The notes under the pieces: generated by a model
Databases searched by the model: none
Seen by the model: the letters and a program-made list of their open reading frames with translations, nothing else
What the model was told of the DNA's origin: nothing
Made by a program: the position numbers and the translations under genes
In this document: piece by piece, positions 12,673 through 27,500 of the stretch
How the letters are laid out: each line of letters starts with the position of its first letter
How positions within the stretch are numbered: the stretch's first letter is position 1
Assembly: GCF_009914755.1 (NCBI RefSeq)
Contig: NC_060939.1
DNA from: the human T2T-CHM13v2.0 reference genome, Homo sapiens
Length of the DNA stretch: 64,000 bases
Direction: 5' to 3' (one strand)

Positions 12673-15600
12673 AGCCTGAAATGCTCAAGGTTTGCATTTA
12701 CAGCATGTAGCATGCATTTACTATGAGACCAACCCATCCTCATAGGCATCAAGGTACCAACAACCTTTCCCCTCCTTAAAACGGTTTCTGGGAAGGAGAC
12801 ATGGAAATGAGGCGAGGAAACAGCCAGGTCTGAGGAGTGTAGAGATGTTTTAACTGTCTCTGACGACTTTATTTTCACTTCCCAGATCTTCCAGTGGCTT
12901 CATGGAAGCCATGGGACAGAAGCTGTAGGGGACATTTCAACCCTAGCCATGAACTTGCACTTCTTTTCAGTAAACTCACAACTTCAACCCAATCAAATCG
13001 TATTTCGATGTCTTCCCTGGGGAGGGAGAGTTCATTTCATGAGCTCAGAAGCACCGCGACTGAGGGCCAGCAAACACCGGCCACCTGGACGCGGCCAGTG
13101 TCTTTAGCCACAGCAATGTCTAATCGTCCCTTCTGAATAGCTAGGTGTGAGAGGAGCCAGGCTTCCTAAGGACCAACGTTAAACAGATCTTTGTGCCAAG
13201 TTACAGCTTCTACAGTCTCTCACCACCGGGCCACATCATCTACCAAAGATAAAGTCAGATTTTACAGAAGACTGTAGGTGACAAATAGGGCCACAAGGAG
13301 GAAAAGCAGATGGGGGAATGTGGTTTGGTTTGAGATCATCAAATTTCTAGGAGGATTTTCAGTGACAGATCGAGACAGTTGCGATTTAAGGTTCTCTGTA
13401 TGACATATTTTACTTCCAAATGACGAAAAAAAATCAAATGACCTCAGTATTTCACGAAACTGTGACAAGAATGAGGGGAAACCACGTGGTCCCCTCTGCA
13501 ACTTCCCCACTCCCCTGACAGCTGGATGAAACCAACACTGCTCAGAATTCCGGATGCAAAGATCCCTCTCTGCAGCTCCAACCTCCCCAAGCCTCCCATA
13601 GGCTCAGTGAACCAGAGAGCCCGAACGATCACTGCCAAACAACCAGGACCCCTCCTGGACGGAGGGTGCCTCATCCTAGGAGCTCCATCTTTGGAAATCA
13701 TCCCGTAGAAATGACAGACGCTCAGCAGGAACACCATCCAAAGCAATATGTTCTATGCAGGAAACCCGCCCTCCAGCTTACCCACCCTCTCCGAAGCTTA
13801 AATTCAGCTTAATTTTTAGGATGTCTCGCTTGTCATCAAGACTGAGATCCAAGCGATCTAGTGGGTTGGAGCTGGGAGCTAAGTAATGGAAGGGTGATTT
13901 ATGTATTCGGCAGTTCTTGGTGGGCAGCAGCTGACTTGGTCATACCCGAGTGTGCCAGCACTCACTCAGCCCAGCCTTGGGCCTGGCTTAGGTGCTCAGC
14001 AGCCTCATTGAAGCTGCCTCGGTGTTTTCTTGGGGGAATGGAGATAAAGGAAGCTGTCCAGTGTCCCAAGGATGCCCGCAAGACCCCATGCTGTGTGCGT
14101 GCGTGTGTGTGTCTACACCGCCCCTCTTCCTTAATTTTCCTTCTCACATTTAGTGTCTGGGTGAGTACTAAACTCGGAGGGACAGGCGGGTAGATACCCT
14201 GTATTTGGTCATTGGTTTCTCAGGCATTCAAGACCTGAGTGGTTGGGGGGTGGGGGCAGTAGAGGAGGAAGCTTCCGCCTCACACTTGCAGAGTGACACC
14301 AAGTCCTTCGGAGGAGGTGCAGGCAGGTGCAGCTGGCAGGAGGCAGAGGATGCAGTGTAGGCCTGACGCCCGGGAAAGGTAAGAAGTGGAGGAAACTCCA
14401 GGGTTTTGGCAGGGCAGCAGGGCTAGGGGTCTCCTGAGAGAAAAACGCTCATTCTGATAAGAGGAAATTAACAGATGGTGACCAAACTCAACGCACCCAG
14501 GAAAGCCATCAAATGATATTACTTAGAGAAAGGAAATCATGAACACGGTTTGAAAACAGATTCCTCCTCCGTGGGGCAGGACTCGGGGGTGGGCAGACAG
14601 AGACAGAGAGAGGCTGTTTGCAGTATAATCTCTTCCTACTATCCGACTGACTTACTAGCTGTTTATGAGCCACACTGCAATCACTATGCATGGGTTATAA
14701 TACGATGAGAACTGTAAAAATATTTTAAACGATATAAATTTAATGGGCTTGACTCCTGCCACCCCCTCCCATTCTCCCATCCCCCACAGGAGGAGTCAGA
14801 GAAGCCTGGACTTCCTGCTGGAACTCCCCCGGTCCCCACTCCCTACAGCAGTCACTGACCACACATTGTACGTTGGGCTGGGACCTGTTCGGCCACCCAG
14901 GGCCTCCTGGACGCTGACCACAGCTCTGTCTGCCTGCTCCAAGAAGCTGTCCTCACCCAGAAATCTGCCTTGCCACCCTGTTTGTAAGAACTGGCTCATC
15001 TGCAGCCACCTCCTCCCCCTTCCTCAGCCTTCCTGACACACAAGGATCCGGAACCAAAGACCACAGAGTGGCTGGCGGGTGGCCTCGCAGGAGCCTGCCA
15101 GCCTCCCCTTGGCCCATCGGCAGAGAAGCATCTTTGCCCTGCTTAGCCCCTTGTGAGGTTCCCCTGGAGAAGTTCAAAGTGGGCTGGGCTGTGCGCTGGT
15201 GGGGGACACCCCGACCACTGCTTCCTGCTGCAGCGGGGCCTGGGTGAGCACATACCCCGCGATGAATGCACAGAGTTCCACAGCTGGGTGTTTCTAAGCG
15301 CAGGTGGGCCGAGGCCCCTGCAGAGTCCAAGTAACAGGCCAGGTGAGCTGCCTTAGACCCCCGTCACCCACCTGTGTACCCCCTTCAGCCAGGGATGGGC
15401 AAACTCCAAGGCAGAGAGGGTCGTGCTAGCAGTGGCCACCTGGCTGTCACTGGAACAGCTGTTCTGGAACGAGGCAAAAACACTTCTGCTCTCGCCGGTC
15501 AAGAGCCACTTCTCAGACTCCCCGAGTGACTCCTCCACACTGGCCCTGGCACCTGTCACAGCAGAGTCTTCCCTGTCTTGTTTCAGGGCTGTGGCCAGTG

Positions 15601-15676
15601 TCACTCTGATACTTGTTAAAATGTTTACTGTCACCCTTGTCCCAGAGCGCTCCCCTGTAGCCCTGGTTACTCACAC

Positions 15677-15849
15677 CTTTTTAATGCCATACTCGAAAGC
15701 CTGCTTAGCCAGTCGGCCGGGCCCGTCCACCGTCTTGCCGTCGTCGTCCGGCCCCCAGCTGGCACTGTAAATGTCGATGTAGTTGGGTCTGATGCCCAGC
15801 GACTTTGCCTCGACCACGTCTGTGACATCGCCGTCCAGCATGCGGATGC
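15677..15849 (-). CDS. PCSK6: PCSK6 exon 7: (G)[57 protein letters not shown]
   Basis: 173 nt, acceptor TTTCAG, donor AAG|GTGTGA, phase 1-0; [10 protein letters not shown] substrate-binding motif. Confidence 0.98.
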
Positions 15850-16023
15850 CTGAAAGCACAGAGGAGGCTCGGTGTCGGCGCCCAGGCTCCGGGCACACAG
15901 CGACGGGAACCCGGGCCCAGGAGGCTCGGATGAGGACACCGCATCACAGAGTCCCTCCCCAGCAGGGGCTGTTCCCAGTCATTCTGCAAAACTGGCTCCT
16001 CTTCTCCATGCTGGCTGATGTGA

Positions 16024-16527
<504 letters not shown>

Positions 16528-17291
16528 TGAGAGTTCACATCTGTTTCTCTCTCCTTTATAATTCCACTCCGACGTATAACTTATGATGAACCAAATGATG
16601 AGCTTTCAACCTGGAAGACAGAAGCCCGCACCCCAGGTTGCAATGGAGGGGACTGGGGTCTTGGACTTCGCTGGCCAGCTCATCTCCATTTGGGTTTGGG
16701 TTCTATGTTCCCTGGAGGGGTCTTTAGAGGTGGAGAGTCCAGCTTCCTCGAGAGCACCCCAAAAAGAGAGGGGTGAGGGGCTCCCATAAGCCTCTCCCAA
16801 TGCCTGCCATCCCAGCCAGGGGCGTCCCTTCTTGCCTCATACTTGGCATTTGCCTTTATTACTGGGTGCCCTCTGCAGCCAGAAAGTTGCCCCAGCAACA
16901 GTGCCTCCCCCAGAGAAGGCATCTGAGAAAAACCTGGCATGAAACGGGGAAGCAGGGGGTAATGACGGCCATGGACACACTCTTCTTGGATTCTAGTAGA
17001 TACAGAAAGTCGACTTCTCTGGGGCTCAGAGAATCTTGCCACCCGACCCTGGGTCAACTCTCTTCATGGCCACTTGACACCCACAGCTCCCCACTCAGAG
17101 GCCCCCGGGAGCCCCTCACCCACGGGGCCCAGCTCTGTGTGTGCGATGACCATGCCTTCATCAAGACGAATTCTAAATCTTAGAGCTATTTAAGACGTAA
17201 TGGAAAAGAGGACTTCTTCTGATTGTAAGAATAGTATATGCTCTTGCCCAAACTTTGGGAAATAGAGAAATAACCAATAATATTTTGGCTA

Positions 17292-17463
17292 TTTTCTTTT
17301 CTTTTTTTGCTTTACAGATGGGGTCTCACTCTGTCACCCAGGCTGGAATGCAGTGACACAGATCATAGCTCACTGCAGCCTCAAACACCTGGGCTCAAGC
17401 AATCATCCCACCTCAGCCTCCCGAGTAGCTAGGATCACAGGTGCACACCACTGCACCTGGCTG
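17292..17463 (-). mobile_element. Alu right-monomer/FRAM-like fragment
   Basis: Reverse Alu monomer with a T tail. Confidence 0.8.
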
Positions 17464-18859
17464 GTTATTTTCTTCTAGTCTTTTTCTTTGCCTCTAGCAT
17501 ATACTTTCTTTCTAAATCCTTTTTTTCCCCCACTGAGCTTTATACAGGGCATTTCCCTGTGCCATTAAAGACTCTTCCAAGGCTTAGTGGCTGCAGCTCC
17601 CTGCCATCATGCACACACCCCTGGCCCAGGCAGCTTCCTTCTGGGGTTCACCTTCTGAAGTAGGGGTTCCCCACCTTACCCATACTAGTCTGCGCCTGTT
17701 TGTTCTACATTCCAGAATCTACATCAACACGTAGTGCATACTCAAAAGCAGCAACTTTAAATATGACTGACTTTAAAAAACAAAATAGTGAAGTTTTCCC
17801 TGAGGTTAAAAGAGGTGGTGCAGGACTCATGCAGAAGAGCAACAGGAAGGAGACCCTGGAGGTGACACCCTCCCTAGGTGCTCAGGGACAAACGTTTTAC
17901 GTGAGTAGAATCCTGCTGTCCCATCCATTTGTACGATAATCATGGGTGTGCTCTTTTGATGGAAACTGCTGGGCAGAGATCCCTAACACATACATTTCAA
18001 ATGTTCTTGTCCTATCATCTTTCACCCAGTAGCACATGGATTATAAACATATAACCAAATGTACTTCTTCACTTGCCAGGGTAAGAAGCTTCCAACCTAA
18101 AAGGAATTTGAAGATGATTTCGCTGCAGTAAATTCTTCCATTCCATCCATTCATTCTACCCAGTTTTGAAGGTTCAGGTTTCCCTAAGGTTTTCCCCTTA
18201 ATATATGCCCTGAAATTTCCCAGGCATGAAGCAAGACAGAGAATACAAGAGTCACCAAAGGCAGTTCTTGGGAGGCCAGGTAGGATAGTTGGTGGTGGGA
18301 GAGGGAGGACCACTCTAGGGCTCGGCATGTTGACCTTAACACTTAGGTGGGACACCAAGCTTAACTGGAAACTTCTGCTCCAAAAGCCTGGAATTGTATT
18401 CAAAATCAATGTCAGAGAAATTTACACCAAGGCAATAGCAAGGTTGAGGCATAGGAGACATCAGAAGTTCAACAACAGTGCTAGAGACATTCGGCAGTGT
18501 CAGCCACGTGGGCATGGGCAGCGATGGAGGATGGGGCTGAAGTCACGGGAAGAGCCATCTCTTCATAGCTTGAAAGCCTACTATGAGCAGTAGGAATAAA
18601 CGTAACTTCAGTGTTATCTATCTTCTCTTCTCACTCCACCTGTTTCCCTTCCTCTCTTTCCTACCTCAGCGAGCTGGCTGCAGGACGGCCCAGGGTAGCC
18701 ACCAGTGTCCAGGCACTGAGATGGCACAAGGCAAGTGGACTTAGATGCCTCGACGCCTGCTCCCAAGGGGAGGTCCACAGAGTGGAGCTGTCACTCACAG
18801 TGAGCCTCGGAGCCAGCAGGAGGGACGTGGGGCATGCCACAGGTGAAGACCTTGCCTTC

Positions 18860-20720
<1,861 letters not shown>

Positions 20721-20950
20721 AAAAATGGAGGTAGTAACAATAACTGATTGGTTTTTCTTTTTGTTTTCTAAAAACACATGACTTGATAAGCACAAAAGAT
20801 TGTATGTCACATACACGTTAGTTATAAAGCCTAATAAAAAAACGGATACCCATGAACCCTGCAGCCCAATGCAAGAACAAGAACGTGACCCACTGGGGGC
20901 CTCTACTTCTGTGTCCTCCCTGTCACCCCCAGCTTCTCAGAGGAAAATGA

Positions 20951-21245
<295 letters not shown>

Positions 21246-21666
21246 CAGGCCATTGCTTTTTAAATACTACTAGTTTAATACAATTGTATATATGCTTAAG
21301 TGATACATTGTTTAATTTTGCTTGTACTGAGAATTAATCCTTTGTTGGTAATGCAGGTTATAAAAATCTTCTCCCAGTGTATGCCTGGTCTTCTCACTGT
21401 GTTTATGGTAGCTCTAGACAAACAGAGGTTCTTAATTTTAATAGAGCAAGAGCTCACCTCCCTGTGAAGATCAAAGGAGTCGTAACAGGGGCCAACCTTC
21501 TCTGGGTTTCTGGGTTTGCTGGCATCTATTGTAAGTTCCTTTCCCCCTTTTATAGGCAGGGCAGAGCCACCTCTAGGCCCAGCTCACATGGGCTGTGGCA
21601 TCAGCTCACTGTATTTTGTCCTTTCTGGGTGGAGAGGAGGGGTCGGGTGGACATGAAGTGGGGTCT

Positions 21667-22015
21667 TTCCCAAATCTGTGGTCCATGTGCCTGCCATCCC
21701 ATCTCCATGGCTGTGTCAGGGACACTGGGCCCAAGTGTCCAGCTCTCTCAGCCAGGAACCTCCAAGAGAAGGGTCAGGGCCAGGCCCAGTGCAAGAGGCT
21801 GGCAAGATCGTGGCCGCCGGCAAGATACAGAGCAGCTCACGGTAGGGGAAGAGAGTGGGGTCAGAGAGTCCTGGGGTGTAATCTCGCTTCCACATGACCT
21901 TGGGCCATGGTCTCAACCTCTCTAAATCATGTTTCTTACAATTTTTATCTACCGGGGCAGTTAAGAAGATTAACGAAAAGCTAAGTTGAGGCCCTGGCCC
22001 CGGAACTGCTGGATA
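21667..22015 (+). repeat. Copy 1 of a ~350-bp diverged direct duplication (partner ~24243-24598)
   Basis: Collinear shared blocks, e.g. TCTGTGGTCCATGTG, GGCAAGATACAGAGCAGCTCA and GAAAAGCTAAGTTGAGGCCCTGGCCC, at an offset of ~2577. Confidence 0.9.
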
Positions 22016-23023
22016 AATGGCAGCAGGGTTCTCTTTGCCCTTACTTTCAGCCATGGATCTCCAGGGCAGGAGACCTCACTGGCCACCCGGGGGTCAAGAC
22101 CAATTCTGATGCTCTAAGTGGTGAAGCTGATCCTGTTCTAGGATTCTCTCTACAAGTTATAGGTGTTGAAATGCCTATTTTTGAACAAGAAGAACGGGAT
22201 GCCAGAAGACATCCAAAAATACATAAAAACATATGACCAGAATGATTTCCCAACACCTCTCACCATGCTTTTCATCTTGGAAAAAGACTGACTGATGTGT
22301 GGGAAAGCAAGCATCACGCGCTTAGATCTTAATGAAGCATCTATTTTCCCCAACACTGACAAGTTGCCAACAAAGAAAAGGTAAATATTTTCAGTAGAAG
22401 CCTGCTGTTCCAACATGAGCTTTAAATGTGAATGGCTCTCTGGAAATGCCAAGGAGAAGAAAAACAGTAATGATTTCTCTAATGAGAAAAGAAAGGCCCA
22501 TTTACTATAAAATGTCAGGTATAAATTTGATTTGGGCAAATTGTTTTGATGGCATTGATGGCAATGAACTCCCCATGGTCAGCTTGCTAACGGACTGCTT
22601 TTGGGCATGCTGGGTTCAGAGCACAGCGTGGCACAATGAACCCGCCTGCCCAGTCCACTCTAAGGACGAGTCTGTGGGTGTGAGGCGGGAGGAGTGTTGA
22701 GTGGAAGGAAGATGGTTGCTTTGGAGAACCTGGTGCCTTTGTGTTTGAGGGAAGAACTCGGGGTGCTATGGGAACCAATCCCCCCACTGACAATTGCAGC
22801 TGCCCACAGAAGCTCCATCCAGGAAGGAATCACACCAGTTTGCCTTGCTTTAAATAATACGTGCATTCCTATAAAATCTCCTAAACCCAATAATATTTTA
22901 AATGCCCTGGGAGAACTTGATGAAATGAATGATTTTACAACTCACTTAGTGAAGCTAAAAAAAAAAACAAAGCCACTTTTTTTCCGTAGTGACCTGTCTT
23001 TCCTCCATTTCCCCTGCTTCTAA

Positions 23024-23314
23024 TTTTTTTTTTCAGACAGAGTCTCCCTCTGTCGCCCAGGCTGGAGTGCAGTGGCGTGATCTCAGCTCACTGCAACCTC
23101 GCCTCCCAGGTTCGAGCGATTCTCCTGCCTCAGCCACTGGAGTAGCTGGGATTACAGGCACACACCACCACGCCTGGCTAATTTTTATATTTTTAGTAGA
23201 GATGGGGCTTCGCCATGCTGGCCAGGCTGGTCTCAAACCCCTGACCTCAAGTGATCTGCCCACCTCGGCCTCCCAAAGTGCTGGGATTACAGGTATGAAC
23301 CACCGTACCCGGCC
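23024..23314 (-). mobile_element. AluS-type SINE
   Basis: Full reverse Alu; TSD CCTGCTTCTAATTT at 23013-23026 and 23316-23329. Confidence 0.95.
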
Positions 23315-24242
23315 GCCTGCTTCTAATTTATATCTCGACTTTCCAAATAGCAGGTTTGTATAAGGCAAGGTGAACCTATCAACATGCAGCCGGCCCCAGT
23401 CAGCACGAGACACAGCATTTCCCCTGAAAACTTTCTAGGAAGCTCAACATTAAGAGCAATGGGAAGAACACACCCACAAGCCCACACACCCACACACACA
23501 CGCACACATGCACATCAATACAAGTCAGCCCTCCTGCCCGGGGGGATAACGGCTGGAGGAAGGCAGGGAGCGGGACACGCTGGGCCCACTTTTGTTTATT
23601 GAGAAGTAATGTATTTTGCCTTCAGCGAATGAATGGCAATGCAGAAGCAATGAACAGGAGCAAATAAAATTAGACTGTCGCTTCCTGAGTGTGACAAATA
23701 GGCCTCCCCAACACATTTTGCTCATTAGCCCTGGGTTTATTTTAGTAAGTCCACAGAGAATTATGTTTTGTTTTTGTTTTGTTTTTTTCAGTAAAACTAT
23801 AGCACATTCTGTTCTATGAGCAGCCATTCCGGGCCAAGTAAGGTTTCAACAGTTACTTAGAAATGCTACAATCCTAAAAGGTTTCTGTCAACCCTCATTA
23901 TCACCTAAGACAATAGACACGGCTTTCAAATTGCTAACTATGCCCCCACAGGACAGCCTTGTTCTAGGAGCTCCAGGGAGCTGTGGTCTGCCGAGTTGTC
24001 AAGGCAGACCTACGTTCGCCACCGTGACATGAAGTGTGTGGGGACGCGCGGGGGATCACCAAGCCAAATCTCTTCCTGCTTCCTGTTCTGTTCCTGATGC
24101 CCTGATGGAGCCACTCCACCTCCTTCTACAGTGGAAACACAGCTGTAGCCAGCGACGCTCCTTATGGGCATGTCCTGCATGCAGCCCTGGATCCAGGAGA
24201 TGAGGTCTGTCCCAGGTCAGGTCCCGTGATAACTGAGACTGG

Positions 24243-24598
24243 TTCCCCAGTCTGTGGTCCATGTGTCTGGCGTCCCATCTCCACAGCTGTGTCACGGACA
24301 CAGGTGCGCAGCTCTCTCAGCCAGCGACCTCCAAGAGAAGGGCCGTGACCAGCGTGGGAGGCTGGCAGTGTGGTGTGGCAAGGGTATGGCCCCTGGCAAG
24401 ATACAGAGCAGCTCATGGTAGGGGGAAGACAGCTGGGGTCAGAGAGTCCTGGAGCGGAATGTCGGCTCTGCATGACCTTGGGCCATAGTCTCAGCCTCTC
24501 TAAATCATGTTTTCTACAATATTTATCTGCCAAGGCAGTTGAGAAGATTAATGAAAAGCTAAGTTGAGGCCCTGGCCCTGGTACTGCGTCTGGGATAA
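24243..24598 (+). repeat. Copy 2 of the ~350-bp direct duplication
   Basis: Same collinear blocks as copy 1 at 21667-22015. Confidence 0.9.
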
Positions 24599-24629
24599 CT
24601 TTGGTATCATCCATCTTCTCCCCTTCCTC

Positions 24630-25166
24630 TTGTATTTTCAGTATCTGATGCTTTGACATCTGGGGCTTGCTGACCCTGGGGAGACTGTTCCTTCAGGCGC
24701 TACCCAGGGTCTCGGGATAGTAAACTACCCATCAGGAGTGTGCTTTTCACATGCAAGCCAACCAATCCAGAGTCTACACCCCAGCCACCTCCATCATGGG
24801 CTCTCACACACCAGGTCACTACTCCCTTAACCTAACCACCCAAGGCCAGGTGTCAGGCAGCTAGGGACAGCCCCTATTCCCCTGAGTCTGCTGAAATTAT
24901 TCAGCCTAGCTGATTCTGAACTTGCCTTCTCTGCCTCACCCACTCCTTCCCACAGAAACCACCACAAGGCCTCTGGCCCGTGTCTTCCCCTCTCTCCTGC
25001 CTCCTGACAGAACCCGCTGCTTCTCTGTGTGGCCCCACATACGGTACTGGGACGCATCCTCTTGGGAACTGGAACAAACCACCTTTTCAATGCATGGCAG
25101 TGGTCTCCTCATCTGCTGGCCTTGCCAAACCTAAATAATACCGAAAATGATTGTACATATTTAAAC
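24630..25166. mobile_element. ERVL-class solo LTR (MER74-like)
   Basis: tgatgctttgacatctgggg...aaccaatccagag...ctagggacagcccct...ctcttgggaactg...cctaaataata pattern, recalled from MER74-type LTRs. Confidence 0.6.
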
Positions 25167-26445
25167 AGGTCTCTCTTTGATAATCGGGTCCTGTTGATTC
25201 TTCAAAGAACAATACAAAACCTGGAAAAGCCTTAGCCATGGTCTAGAGGTTTGACATCGAGGCTGACCCTTTCACGGTCTCCCCGCTAGGGAATGAGGGC
25301 TGGAGAACAGAAGTGCATGGCCCAGGCACACACAGGAAGCCAGTGAGAGCCGGCAGCTTGGGATGCAGGACAGGACAGCAGGCTTCTGAGCCAGATGGAG
25401 CACCCGTACATCTGCACCACACGCAAGTACGGCAAGGAACCCTAGAGGAGGCGCACGTGCCAAGAAAGCAAACCCATATCCTGAACGGACCTCTGAAGGG
25501 GACACGGACGGCGAAAAGGAGACGTTCATGCCGCCATGAACAAAGGCCACCCAGGAGCTTGTTTCTAAGACTCAGCGTGCTCTCTTCCTGTCTCTCTGCT
25601 TCTTTCTTATGTACACCCAGGAAGAAAGCCCCTCAGCAGCCCTCTCAGGAACCCAGGGCTATGCAGCCCACAGCATTCGAGAGCTAGCCTCACCCATTCT
25701 CTGCGGGTGTCTGCAGCAGGGCGGCCTGAGGAGGGCATGGCCACCAGGGAGACACAGGGCAGAAGGGGCTATGCCAGTTCTTGCCCATCTCCTCCTTCCT
25801 ATGGCTCCTGCTTAGCCTGGCGATGCTCAGATCTAGCAGGCAGGGGCCTTGGATGTGTTGGGGGAGGTGAGGGACGAGGAAGTGGGGAACACCCGCTCCC
25901 TGACAGCAGCAGCTCCTAACATTCACCAAATCCCCCCAAGCCCCCCAGTGCATTTAAAATCCTCTTGCAGTTGAAAATGCGCTGGGAACCTTTGAAGATT
26001 AATCTACAGCTTAAACTGTTCTCTTAAAATGCTCACAGGCCTAAACTGCTTAATGGAAACACTAACGAGACTGAATTCTGTGACTCAGAATTAACATAAT
26101 TAACCAATTTATGGGCATGGATTAATTTAGCTGTTATGTACTTAACATTTTCGTGTTTATGAAAGGAAAAACATGATTCAGTTCCCCAATCAAAATATGG
26201 AGCAAAAACACCAACAGGAATCTGGTCGCTGCCGTTTACTTTTCCTTCCCAGAAACAGGGCAAACATGGTCTGAAAAGATGCACCTATATCCGGGGGCCG
26301 GAGCAGGGGAGCTTTTCTGTTTGTCAGGTGGGAGGGCTCCCTGCGGTCTCCAGCTGCCCTTGCTGCAGGCCCCAAATGCAGCCTACTCCAGACCAGCCTC
26401 AGGGATCCTGCCCTGTGGACTGGCGATGCTTCTGAAAAGCAGGGA

Positions 26446-26943
<498 letters not shown>

Positions 26944-27197
26944 TTAAGTATCAGCACACGTGAGGAACTTGCTAAAGGGTAGAAGCCTGGTAAAGTTAAA
27001 GGGGTGAGGGCTCCACTCACCTCCCCTGCATATTGCAAGCCTCCCTGAGAGAGCAGGTTCCACTCCGGCCAAGCCAGCACACCTGGCTCCCCAGCAAGCT
27101 TTTCTCAAAGGATGCCGCATGGGGCACGAAGCCAGGAGGACCTGGTGCAGTGGATGGGATCACATCCTCAGCCTGCATTCTGGGAGGGGCCTTCACA

Positions 27198-27500
27198 CTT
27201 TTTTGTTTGTTTGTTTTTTTGAGTTTGAGTCTTGCTCTGTTGCCCAGGCTGGAGTGCAGTGCCACAATCATTGCTCACTGCAGCTTCAAACATCTAGGCT
27301 TAAGAGATCTTCCTGCCTCAGCCTCCTGAGTGGCTGGGATTACAGGCATAAGCCACCATGCCTGGCTAATTTTTAAATTGTTTGTAGACACAGGGTCTCA
27401 CTATGTTGTTGAGGCTGGTTTCAAACTCCTGGCCTCAAGTGATCCTCCTGCCTTGGCCTCCCAAACTGCAGGGATTTTGTGTGAGCCACTGTGCTTGGCC
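27198..27500 (-). mobile_element. AluJ-type SINE
   Basis: Diverged reverse Alu dimer. Confidence 0.9.
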
